DNA of 64,000 nucleotides from Methanobacteriota archaeon (GTDB taxonomy: Archaea > Thermoplasmatota > Thermoplasmata > SG8-5 > JAGLSY01). The notes below the pieces were generated by a model. That model searched no databases. It was not told where the DNA came from and saw only the letters and a program-made list of their open reading frames with translations. Position numbers and translations under genes: made by a program. The stretch spans positions 64,001 to 128,000 of the forward strand of contig JAEHCO010000002.1 in assembly GCA_020697715.1 (NCBI GenBank), in the 5' to 3' direction. How positions within the stretch are numbered: the stretch's first letter is position 1; every line of letters starts with the position of its first letter. This document shows, one piece after another, positions 1-8,983 of the stretch.

Positions 1-897
1 GACCGGGTGTTTTGATGGTTCGGTCGTGTAATCCAGGTAAATGTTATCAACTGTATTGATGAAGAACTGGCTACCTCCTGTGTCCGGTCCTCGATTCGCC
101 ATGGAGATGGTTCCCCTGACATTACTTAGCTCTGGATGGAACTCATCTGGTATCATCCAGCTTGTTTCAATTGTCGAAGTTCCAAGGCCATCATGATATT
201 CCGCGGCATGTCCACCGGTTCCATCCTTATTGGTGAAATCTCCACCCTGGATCATGAAACTCTCGATCACTCTGTGGAAAGGTACATTCCTGTATTTGCC
301 CTGGTTGGCCAGGTCTATGAAGTTCTTGGTCGTGATAGGTGCTCTGGTCGTATACAGTTCTATTTTGATGGTCCTAGTGCCATTGGTGACTGGAGGAGTG
401 TCATCAATATCGTCGTCTCCGTCATCAGTTGTATCATCGGTGTCATCATCTGTGGTATCGTCTGAACTGTCATCGTCTCCGTCGTCACCATCATCATCGG
501 AGTCCACTCTTCCGAGCTCATCTCCATCGATGGTGAGGGTGTCCCCATCCTCAGAAACAGAATATGGAAAATCATCTGATGTTCCATTATCCCATTGGAT
601 CTGGAGCACATTGTCATCCAATATCTCCCATTCGAAATTTTGTTCAAAGTTATCCGTGGTGTCTGTGTCCTCTACGACTCCTGTACCATCATCATTGAAA
701 ATGATCTGCACATCTTGGTTTGGGACTTCCCATGTTCCCACGATCTCATTCTGCTCATTTTGTGCCTGGATTATCATATACACGCCCAATCCGGCTATTA
801 CGATAACTGCAATGACCAGAAGGACGATCATCGTCCCTATGCCCGATGTGTCTGAATTCAACCTTCTTGAATAATTATCCTTTGCTCTTGCTTTCAT
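1..897 (-). CDS. Membrane-anchored cyclophilin-type peptidyl-prolyl isomerase (3' end outside the window)
   Basis: Not in the ORF track because there is no stop in the window. Manual translation from ATG 897: [33 protein letters not shown]..., a small beta domain (IVGTW), an Asp/Thr linker, then [21 protein letters not shown] and [19 protein letters not shown] cyclophilin motifs. Confidence 0.92.
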   Translation of the reverse strand, partial: MKARAKDNYSRRLNSDTSGIGTMIVLLVIAVIVIAGLGVYMIIQAQNEQNEIVGTWEVPNQDVQIIFNDDGTGVVEDTDTTDNFEQNFEWEILDDNVLQIQWDNGTSDDFPYSVSEDGDTLTIDGDELGRVDSDDDGDDGDDDSSDDTTDDDTDDTTDDGDDDIDDTPPVTNGTRTIKIELYTTRAPITTKNFIDLANQGKYRNVPFHRVIESFMIQGGDFTNKDGTGGHAAEYHDGLGTSTIETSWMIPDEFHPELSNVRGTISMANRGPDTGGSQFFINTVDNIYLDYTTEPSKHPV

Positions 898-1122
898 AGA
901 AATGCCCCGCTTTACTTCATTATTGACATTATATTTGTATCTTTGGGATTTGTTGACATGAAATATATGAATGAATTAGAAGTAAAAATAATAATAAGAA
1001 TGAGGTAGAGCCGGATAAGTTGTCAGGAAGTATGTAAATCAGTGATCCTCTAGCCTTTACCGGCTCCAGTATTATTATACGTGTCTTGTTCATATAATAC
1101 TTTTGGATGAAATATTCAATAA

Positions 1123-1196
1123 CGAGCGAGCAGGCTGAATCTCAGATAAGCTGAGATTTCAGAATCTCGGCAAAGCCGAGCTTCGGCGAGTTTTCC
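1123..1196 (+). repeat. Intergenic hairpin repeat family, copy A
   Basis: CGAGCGAGCAGG + two hairpins + GGCGAGTTTTC; the flanks recur at 19151, 20165 and 47548. Confidence 0.6.
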
Positions 1197-1252
1197 TAAT
1201 CTATCTCTACCATACCTTTTTAAAACACAACAATATTCATCGCCCTGATATC

Positions 1253-2452
1253 ATGAAGCTGGTAACTACCTGGTTTGGCGTGTTCATCCTGGAAGATGAC
1301 AAGATAATCGAGAAGACCCTGTTCCCCAAGGACGCGGAGGAGATCGCCAAGAGGATGAAGACCATCCAGAAAAAGCGAATACTGGCTGAAGAAGAGGAAA
1401 TGGCCGGTGGCAAACAGGTCTTTGTCTTCGATGAAAGGCTTGCCATGATCGGCGAGATGTTATTTGATAATCCACCTTTTGTTTCTCCGGATGATCATGA
1501 TTTTCCAAGCCAGCTATTGAATCAAGCAATGATCATAGTCGGCAAGGACATGGTCAGGGCAAGTGGTTCTCCTGACCAGCAGATCCTCCAGGCCATAAGG
1601 GCGATGGATGACTTTGACAAGACCATTAATTTACTTTCAGAAAGACTGCATGAATGGCATGAGATCAATTTTCCAGAATTATCAAAACTGGTCTCTGAAA
1701 AGGACTATTTCAATTTGATAGCCGAACACGGCGACCGTGAAGGTATACTGGCCAATTCCAAGATCGAAATTCCGGATTCAATGGGCTCGGATATTGGGTC
1801 TGAGGATGCGGATGCCATGAAGATGATGGCCAGTAATATCCTGTCCGCGATGGAAGCCAGAGAGAGCCTTGAAAAATTCGTGCAGAAGCGCATGGAGGCC
1901 TTCGCACCAAATACTGCTCAGATAGCTGGCCCACTTATCGGAGCCAGGCTGATATCCCTTGCTGGGAGCATGGAAAAACTTGCCAAGATACCCACGAGCA
2001 CTGTCCAGATATTGGGAGCGGAGAAGGCGTTCTTCAAGCATGTGAAGGAGAAGGTCAATCCTCCAAAACACGGGATCATCTTCCAAAATCCTCTGGTCCA
2101 TCGCGCACCATACTGGCAGAGAGGGAATGTAGCTCGGGCATTGGCCAGCAAGATATCGATGGCCGCTAAAGTTGATTTCTTCGGAGATAATAAGAACATT
2201 GCCGATGAATTGCAGAAGGACCTGGATCGAAAGGTGGCGGAGATCAAGAAGAAATATCCTGATGCTCCAGCGAAGAAACATTCTCCAACACCAGATCACA
2301 GGGCTGGTCAGAGGCCAGGGCAAGGGGGTCGACCTGGTGGAAATAGGCAGGGCGGACGTGGTGGCCGGGACAACCGAGGCCATGGCGGCGATAGGCGAAA
2401 AGGAAAGTCTGGCCAGGGTCGAAAATATGATTCCAGGCGTGGGAAGCGCTAA
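1253..2452 (+). CDS. nop5: Box C/D sRNP scaffold protein Nop5 (Nop56/58 family)
   Basis: ERLHEWHEINFPEL, APN...GPLIGARLISLAG, STVQILGAEKAFF, PPKHGIIF; R/G-rich C-terminal tail. Confidence 0.95.
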   Translation: MKLVTTWFGVFILEDDKIIEKTLFPKDAEEIAKRMKTIQKKRILAEEEEMAGGKQVFVFDERLAMIGEMLFDNPPFVSPDDHDFPSQLLNQAMIIVGKDMVRASGSPDQQILQAIRAMDDFDKTINLLSERLHEWHEINFPELSKLVSEKDYFNLIAEHGDREGILANSKIEIPDSMGSDIGSEDADAMKMMASNILSAMEARESLEKFVQKRMEAFAPNTAQIAGPLIGARLISLAGSMEKLAKIPTSTVQILGAEKAFFKHVKEKVNPPKHGIIFQNPLVHRAPYWQRGNVARALASKISMAAKVDFFGDNKNIADELQKDLDRKVAEIKKKYPDAPAKKHSPTPDHRAGQRPGQGGRPGGNRQGGRGGRDNRGHGGDRRKGKSGQGRKYDSRRGKR

Positions 2453-2535
2453 GCTTTAAGCTATTCTACTTAAAAAAGCTTAATTACTTCTATCTCCTTA
2501 TCCAGATAGAAATTTAGATAGATTCGGGTGATTTC

Positions 2536-3444
2536 ATGGGGGCATCAAAGAAAAACATGGAGCCAGGTGGAAGGAACAGTATTTTATTCAAACAGAGGTT
2601 GGATTATCCATCCAAGCCTGGGCAGATCACGTATTATCCTCCTGAAGCTTCGTATGATCTTAAAAATCAGGTGAAGAAGGATAAGACCACTGGAATAATA
2701 TTCTATGTCATTGGATTCATTGTCTCGATGATGGGATTGGCAGCCGCCCTTGAAAGTATCGATGATCTGCAGCTATATTCTATATTGATACCCGTATGTT
2801 TGATAATCGGTCTTATAGCCGCATTCTTCTATCTTTATTCTGATAATGTAGCCCTGGCAAAGCTCTCGCGCACCTTGCCCATCATTCTTATGGTGGCTCT
2901 CCTCCTACTTTATATTGGAGGATTGGTCAGTGGTGCTTTGGACATTGCTAGCGACTTGGATGAAGAAGATGCAGGAGTTATCTATGAAATGATCGAAGAA
3001 TACATTTATGTACGACTACTGGCACCTTCCTTCTTTTTCATAACTGCTGGTCTGGTGATCGCAAGATCCGGTGGCACACAGTTATGGGCCGCTACAAGAA
3101 TTGTACATCAATATATGCCTGCCACTATCATTCTGGAGACTCCTGGCAAATCCACGGTTCCTACACGTGCTGTGACCAATCCATGCCGATCATGTGGTCA
3201 ATCTCTATCTTATATAGAGGAATACGATAGATTCTACTGCTATTCCTGTGAGGACTATGCGCCTCTGGCAGAAGATCCCACACCTGTGTCAAAGCCTGTG
3301 GCGACACCAGCAGTGTCAAAACCAGAACCAAAATCATCAAAGCCTGTACCAAAGGTCCCTCGCTGCAAGATCTGTAAAGATGAGCTTGATTTCATAGAGG
3401 AATACGATAGATATTATTGCTATTCCTGTGAAAAATATGGCTAA
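2536..3444 (+). CDS. Membrane protein with two C-terminal zinc ribbons
   Basis: About four hydrophobic helices; two CxxC...IEEYDRxYCYSC units; GGTGA-N4-ATG SD. Confidence 0.8.
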   Translation: MGASKKNMEPGGRNSILFKQRLDYPSKPGQITYYPPEASYDLKNQVKKDKTTGIIFYVIGFIVSMMGLAAALESIDDLQLYSILIPVCLIIGLIAAFFYLYSDNVALAKLSRTLPIILMVALLLLYIGGLVSGALDIASDLDEEDAGVIYEMIEEYIYVRLLAPSFFFITAGLVIARSGGTQLWAATRIVHQYMPATIILETPGKSTVPTRAVTNPCRSCGQSLSYIEEYDRFYCYSCEDYAPLAEDPTPVSKPVATPAVSKPEPKSSKPVPKVPRCKICKDELDFIEEYDRYYCYSCEKYG

Positions 3445-3461
3445 GTTCCATATCAGCCTTC

Positions 3462-4472
3462 TCAACCAAATGGATCGATGATGATATTCAGGTCAGTACC
3501 ACAATTCTTACACTTGCCATTATCATGCACCAGTTTGATGACATGGTATCCAATTCTTTTGATGGCCACCTGCCCACAATCCGGACAGTAAGTGCTTTCC
3601 TCATCTCTCTGTGGCACATTCCCCATATACACGAACTTGACACCCGCATCCTTGGCTATCTTGTATGCCCTTTCAAGGGTCTTGATAGGTGTTCGTCTAA
3701 TGTCCAGTGCCTTGTAATCTGGATGAAATGCTGAAAAGTGAAGAGGCGTGTTATCTCCGAGCTCATCTACCACCCACTTTGTATATCGATCCAGTTCTTC
3801 CGGGCTGTCATTCCTTCCGGGGATGAGCAATGTGACCAGCTCGATATGGATGCCAAGCTCCTTGGCCTGCATACAGGTGTCCAGAACTGGCTGTAACCTG
3901 GCCTTGGAGTATTTCATGTAAAAATCCTCCGAGAAGGCCTTCACATCTATGTTCATCGCATCCAGGTGTGGGGACAATTCCCTCATAGCCTCTTCCGTGA
4001 TGTAGCCATTTGTCACATAGCTGGTTCCAAGGCCAGCCTGATGTGCCTGCTTGCACCCATCCAGCATGAACTCATACCATATTGTGGGCTCATTGTATGT
4101 CCATGAAACACTCTGGCAGTCGAATTTTTCTGCCAGAAGAGGAACATCCACCGGAGTGATCCGCTTAAGTCCCCTTTTGCTGAATTGCTGTGATATCGAG
4201 AAATTTTGGCAGAAGTCACATCTGAAATTACATCCAATACTGCCAAATGAAAATGCTCTGGTGCGGGGCATGAAGTGATTGAGTGGTTTTTTCTCTATAG
4301 GATCTGGGCCCATGGAGGATACCAGGCCGTAAGTGGATGCGATGAGCACGCCTTTCTTATTCTCTCTAACACCGCATATGCCAGCCTTTCCAACTGGTAT
4401 CTTGCATCTGTGAGAGCAAAGGCCACATTCTACCTTTCCGCCTTCCAATGGCTTCCACATTCTTGCCTCCAT
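3462..4472 (-). CDS. AmmeMemoRadiSam-type radical SAM enzyme (PflA-like, COG1180)
   Basis: N-terminal CGLCSHRC...CGVREN, DPIEKKPL, GCNFRCDFCQN, TYNEP, C-terminal CPDCG/CKNCG. Start moved to MEARMW, directly after the thiL stop. Confidence 0.9.
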   Translation of the reverse strand: MEARMWKPLEGGKVECGLCSHRCKIPVGKAGICGVRENKKGVLIASTYGLVSSMGPDPIEKKPLNHFMPRTRAFSFGSIGCNFRCDFCQNFSISQQFSKRGLKRITPVDVPLLAEKFDCQSVSWTYNEPTIWYEFMLDGCKQAHQAGLGTSYVTNGYITEEAMRELSPHLDAMNIDVKAFSEDFYMKYSKARLQPVLDTCMQAKELGIHIELVTLLIPGRNDSPEELDRYTKWVVDELGDNTPLHFSAFHPDYKALDIRRTPIKTLERAYKIAKDAGVKFVYMGNVPQRDEESTYCPDCGQVAIKRIGYHVIKLVHDNGKCKNCGTDLNIIIDPFG

Positions 4473-4473
4473 C

Positions 4474-5409
4474 TCATCGCCCCCTGAAATGCTCATAGCC
4501 CTTGTCTTCCAGAGTGATATGCTGGCTACCTGATGATATATGCACGATATTATCATCCACCACTCTGCCGATGGGGGTCACTTTTGTCCCTGCCAGGCCT
4601 GTTGATGGAATGGATCCCAATTTATTGGGATCCGCGGTGAAAAGAAGTTCGAACTCCCCGCCCAGATGAAGGCATTTTTGTCTATCTTCATCTGATAGGC
4701 CGCCGATGAAGGGTATGCTTTCCATATCCAGTTCGAAGCCAATTTTTCCAGATCTCTTCAGGTGATGGACCGAAGTGCTCAGGCCATCCGATAGATCAAT
4801 GCAGGATGTGACTGCCCCGCTCTGTGCCAGCATCTGTCCTTCTCTGACCCTGGGCTGAACTCTGAGGAGGGATTCGATATCCAATTCGGCCTTGGTCTTG
4901 TACCATCCGAGTTGACTTCCCAATTCCCCTGTGAGGAATACGATGTCACCAGGCTTTGCCCCGCTTCGTTTCATGATGTCATTCTTTCCAACCAGTCCTA
5001 GTGCGGTCCCGGTTATACTGATAGTGTCATTTTCTTTGGTATCGCCGCCGAGAACCCTGGCTCCATGTGCCTTGCAGCAATCGTCGATACCTTTTGATAT
5101 ATCGTCGAGAAAGTCAATATCCATGTCCGATGGTAGCCCCAGCGCGAAGAGCATACCAAGGGGAAAACCACCCATGCTGGCAATATCACTGAGATTGATA
5201 GCGGTGACATACCATCCAATTAACCACCCGCGCGTGCCCTCTGGTATATGTGTTCTCTGATTGATCATATCCGTGGTGGCAAGCAGATACTCCTTGCCAA
5301 GATCCACCATCGCGCAGTCATCGCCGATGAGCATCTGGCCATCTGGATCGAATGTCTCCATTAATTTCAGGATAGCCTGCTTCTCCCCCATATCGCCAAG
5401 GATGGTCAT
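4474..5409 (-). CDS. thiL: Thiamine-monophosphate kinase
   Basis: GDDCA, NLSDIASMGG, GGDT, DLSDGL and GEFELLFT motifs. Confidence 0.93.
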   Translation of the reverse strand: MTILGDMGEKQAILKLMETFDPDGQMLIGDDCAMVDLGKEYLLATTDMINQRTHIPEGTRGWLIGWYVTAINLSDIASMGGFPLGMLFALGLPSDMDIDFLDDISKGIDDCCKAHGARVLGGDTKENDTISITGTALGLVGKNDIMKRSGAKPGDIVFLTGELGSQLGWYKTKAELDIESLLRVQPRVREGQMLAQSGAVTSCIDLSDGLSTSVHHLKRSGKIGFELDMESIPFIGGLSDEDRQKCLHLGGEFELLFTADPNKLGSIPSTGLAGTKVTPIGRVVDDNIVHISSGSQHITLEDKGYEHFRGR

Positions 5410-5498
5410 TGACTGGATAATATGGATGGATGATAAATAATTTGTCAACCTGGCAAACATTTAAATAAAGACAATCTTATAATTGTGTTGGTGATAGT

Positions 5499-6602
5499 AT
5501 GGTCCAGGCGAGGAAGATCAGACCGAAGTTCTTTCGGAAGAGATCCCAGAAGCCCTTCGAGCTAAGGCAGGAAGAGACTGGGTCTCCTCCAGGTACATTA
5601 TTGCCTTCAAAATTCCCCCGAAAGGAAAAGGCCAAGATCACGATAATCGATTATTCACAAGATGAGTACAATGAATCCTCGACCTACGATGTGGAGGATT
5701 GTGCAAAATATAGGGATTCCAAATCTGTTACGTGGATAAATATAGACAGCGTGGATGATGTGGACACTCTCTCCAAACTCGGAGAATATTTTGATGTACA
5801 CCCGCTGGCACTGGAGGATATCCAGGATACGGATCAAAGGCCAAAACTTGAGGAATATGAAGATCTGTATCTCATAGTGACGAAATTGCTGAGATTCAGG
5901 GATATAATCGTCAGTGAACAGGTCAGCATGCTCCTTGGCAAAAAATATGTGATCACTATCCAGATGACGGAAGAGGATTGCTTCGACCCTATCAGAGATC
6001 GTCTAAGAAGCGGGACTGGTAGGATAAGATCAATGGGTCCAGATTATCTCGCATATTCCTTAATGGATGTACTAACAGATGAATATTACCCAATACTTCA
6101 GATATATGGAGATGAGCTTGAAAGGCTTGAGGACACTGTCTTCAAAGATCCTCGACCCCACATGCTTCAGAAGATCCAAAGAGGAAAAAGAGACCTCCTG
6201 CTTATTCGAAGGTCCATCTTGCCAAATCGTGAGGTCCTCGGTAAGCTGATGAGAGATGATGAAACTGGCCTGATAGCCGAGTCCACCAAAAGATATCTCA
6301 GAGACTGCCAGGACAATACCATCCAGATAAGTGATATCATCGAGACATATCGAGATATGAGCTCATCACTTCAAGACCTTTATTTATCCAGCATAAGCCA
6401 TAGGATGAACGAGGTCATGAAAGTCCTTACCATCATTGCCACGATATTCATACCACTTACTTTCATCACCGGACTTTATGGAATGAACTTCGATGCCATG
6501 CCGGAGCTTCACTGGGAATGGGGATATTATTTCTCATTGGCCGCCATGCTCCTGGTATCGCTATCCATGCTGTTATATTTCAAAAAGAAGAGATGGCTTT
6601 AA
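5499..6602 (+). CDS. corA: Magnesium/cobalt transporter CorA
   Basis: HPLALED, QRPKLEEY, MNEVMKVLT and YGMNF signature. Confidence 0.95.
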   Translation: MVQARKIRPKFFRKRSQKPFELRQEETGSPPGTLLPSKFPRKEKAKITIIDYSQDEYNESSTYDVEDCAKYRDSKSVTWINIDSVDDVDTLSKLGEYFDVHPLALEDIQDTDQRPKLEEYEDLYLIVTKLLRFRDIIVSEQVSMLLGKKYVITIQMTEEDCFDPIRDRLRSGTGRIRSMGPDYLAYSLMDVLTDEYYPILQIYGDELERLEDTVFKDPRPHMLQKIQRGKRDLLLIRRSILPNREVLGKLMRDDETGLIAESTKRYLRDCQDNTIQISDIIETYRDMSSSLQDLYLSSISHRMNEVMKVLTIIATIFIPLTFITGLYGMNFDAMPELHWEWGYYFSLAAMLLVSLSMLLYFKKKRWL

Positions 6603-6616
6603 GTTTAAAGTCCATA

Positions 6617-7069
6617 ATGCCTGCGCGAAATGGAGATATCATTGTGAATTCGGATCGATACACGAACTTGATCAGATACAATAGGCTCAAACTGCTTTTT
6701 TCAAGAGTGCTTTTTTTAACTGGAGCATTTCTTTTAGTATTAGATATATATTTCATATTTAATATAAAATATTGGGAATTAAATATATTATGGGCGAATT
6801 TCCTTCTTGGCTGTATGTTCGTCATTCTATCATTTTCCAGCAAGCTCAGGCGTATGTTCTTGTCATTCAGAAAAAAAGAGAATCCGTATATGAGAAAAGG
6901 AGAGTGCAAGGAATGTGGCACTTGCTGTCGCCTTCCTATTCCATGTCTTTTCTTCTATGGCGGACGCTGTCTGATCCATAAAAGAAGACCAAAGCAATGC
7001 AGGGAATTTCCTGATGGCCCAGGTCAGCTGGTCAGCCATAAATGTGGATATTATTTTGAGAAGAAATGA
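6617..7069 (+). CDS. Membrane protein with YkgJ/CxxCxxCC cysteine cluster
   Basis: Two TM helices, then CKECGTCC...C...CLIHKRRPKQCREFP. Start uncertain. Confidence 0.7.
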   Translation: MPARNGDIIVNSDRYTNLIRYNRLKLLFSRVLFLTGAFLLVLDIYFIFNIKYWELNILWANFLLGCMFVILSFSSKLRRMFLSFRKKENPYMRKGECKECGTCCRLPIPCLFFYGGRCLIHKRRPKQCREFPDGPGQLVSHKCGYYFEKK

Positions 7070-7133
7070 GATCAAACAGATCTTCTAATATTCCGCCCAA
7101 ATATTATTAAGCCAAACACCGATTGCCAATGCG

Positions 7134-8936
7134 ATGGTGATGATCCGGGTACTTGACAATGCCACTATTGACAAGATCGCAGCTGGTGAAGTTATAGAGA
7201 GGCCCGCCTCTGCTGTGAAGGAACTGGTAGAGAATTCTTTGGATGCTGGAGCCAGAGAGATCACCATTAAGATAATTGGTTCTGGCAAGAAGCTTATTCA
7301 GATAATCGATGATGGGCAGGGGATGATGCCCAGTGACGCGGAACTTGCATTTCAAAGGCATGCGACATCGAAATTGTCAAGCATCGAAGACCTTGACACT
7401 ATTTCCACCATGGGCTTCAGGGGAGAAGCTCTTTCCAGTATCGCATCTGTTTCCGAGGTGACCATATCCACCCGGCATGAGAGCCAGGAGGTTGGAACGT
7501 GTCTCACGTTCCAAGGTGGCAAGATCGTGGAAAAAGGAGAGCTGGGTATGGGCTCCGGGACCAATATCCAGATCAAAGACCTCTTTTCAAATGTTCCGGC
7601 CAGGTTGAAATTTCTTAAGGGCGACAGGGTGGAGATGTCGCATATTATACGAATTGTCACTGAAAGAGCACTGGCCAACCCCAATGTGTCCTTCACTTTA
7701 CTGAATGACGATGTGGAGGTCATCAATTGCAGGGCCAGCCAGCATCTTGAGGATAGATTCCTGGACATATTCGGAAGAAAAGCAGCAAAGGCCAGCGTGA
7801 AGATAGACGCTGGGCATACGGATATTTTAGTTCATGGCATCCTGGCCAAGCCCGAAATAAGCAAGCCATCCAGGGACGATCTGCACATATTTGTCAATCT
7901 GCGCCCGATCTCCAATCGCATGCTGGCTGCAGCTGTTGCTGATGGTTATGCCGGTATGCTGATGAAGAACCGGCATCCTGTAGGCGTGATATTCATCCAG
8001 ATCCCTGCGGACAAGGTGGATATCAATGTGCATCCTTCAAAAAAGGATGCAAAATTCTCGGATCCAAAACCGATAGCTAATCTTTTAAAAGAGGCTGTCG
8101 CGGAGGCTCTGGGTAACACCGACCTGATAAGAGAGGTCGGTGGTGATTTCCAGCGTACATTGGAGTCAAGAGCGTATGTGGGCCAGCCGCCAGCTCGGAG
8201 GATCGACAGAGATATGTCTGACTCTGCTGGTGTTCGGCCTGCCATATCACGTACTTCCACTCACTGGCCGCCCAAGCCCCGATCCACACCTTCACAGACT
8301 CATCTTTTCAAGGAGGATGCCGAAACCTGTGAAGATCATGAGGTTCCGGGATCCGGCCCCATGCCTTCGATGGTTCCGATCGGCCAGATAATAAACACTT
8401 ACATCCTGGCACAGAGCGGGAAGGATCTTCTCATCATCGACCAGCACGCGGCGCATGAGCGCGTGATGCTGGAAAGGCTTCGAAATGCGGATACAAAGAT
8501 AACCCAGCAGAAGCTCATCACCCCCATAACACTGGAACTCGGCCCCCGCGAAAGAGAATTGGTGGATCATTATCGCCCCATCCTGGAAGATGCGGGCTTC
8601 ACCATCGAGCCCTTTGGTCGAACTACCTATCTGGTCAGAGCCGTCCCGGTCTTCAGCGGAAGCCTGGAAGAGGCGGAGAATATCCTGGCCATGGTGCAGG
8701 AACTCGCAGAAATAGGAAAGGCCAGGTCAATAGAAACAAAACGCGATGAGATACTGCAACTCATCGCCTGCCACTCGTCCATTCGCGCCGGGGAGAAGCT
8801 GAGCATGGGTCGGATGAAACGACTCATAAGCGAAATGCATGAGCTGGACAATCCTTTTAATTGCGCTCATGGAAGGCCGACGATAATCAAGATGACCGAT
8901 AGAGATCTTGAGAAGATGTTCAAGCGAATTGTGTGA
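7134..8936 (+). CDS. mutL: DNA mismatch repair endonuclease MutL
   Basis: IAAGEVIERPAS, GFRGEAL, DQHAAHER, ACH and CAHGRP motifs. Confidence 0.97.
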   Translation: MVMIRVLDNATIDKIAAGEVIERPASAVKELVENSLDAGAREITIKIIGSGKKLIQIIDDGQGMMPSDAELAFQRHATSKLSSIEDLDTISTMGFRGEALSSIASVSEVTISTRHESQEVGTCLTFQGGKIVEKGELGMGSGTNIQIKDLFSNVPARLKFLKGDRVEMSHIIRIVTERALANPNVSFTLLNDDVEVINCRASQHLEDRFLDIFGRKAAKASVKIDAGHTDILVHGILAKPEISKPSRDDLHIFVNLRPISNRMLAAAVADGYAGMLMKNRHPVGVIFIQIPADKVDINVHPSKKDAKFSDPKPIANLLKEAVAEALGNTDLIREVGGDFQRTLESRAYVGQPPARRIDRDMSDSAGVRPAISRTSTHWPPKPRSTPSQTHLFKEDAETCEDHEVPGSGPMPSMVPIGQIINTYILAQSGKDLLIIDQHAAHERVMLERLRNADTKITQQKLITPITLELGPRERELVDHYRPILEDAGFTIEPFGRTTYLVRAVPVFSGSLEEAENILAMVQELAEIGKARSIETKRDEILQLIACHSSIRAGEKLSMGRMKRLISEMHELDNPFNCAHGRPTIIKMTDRDLEKMFKRIV

Positions 8937-8983
8937 ACTATAACTGGAAATAGATCATATCTAGCTCATGGATGGCTATCTTT

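Noticed and set aside
230-874. Ser-rich plus-strand ORF and many similar antisense ORFs in the track
   Set aside because: They are shadows of Asp-rich codons of real genes on the opposite strand (here the cyclophilin).
1104-1155. Possible box C/D sRNA upstream of nop5 (GGATGA...CTGA...CTGA)
   Set aside because: The C box is degenerate, there is no room for a second guide, and the CTGA copies belong to a hairpin of the repeat family.
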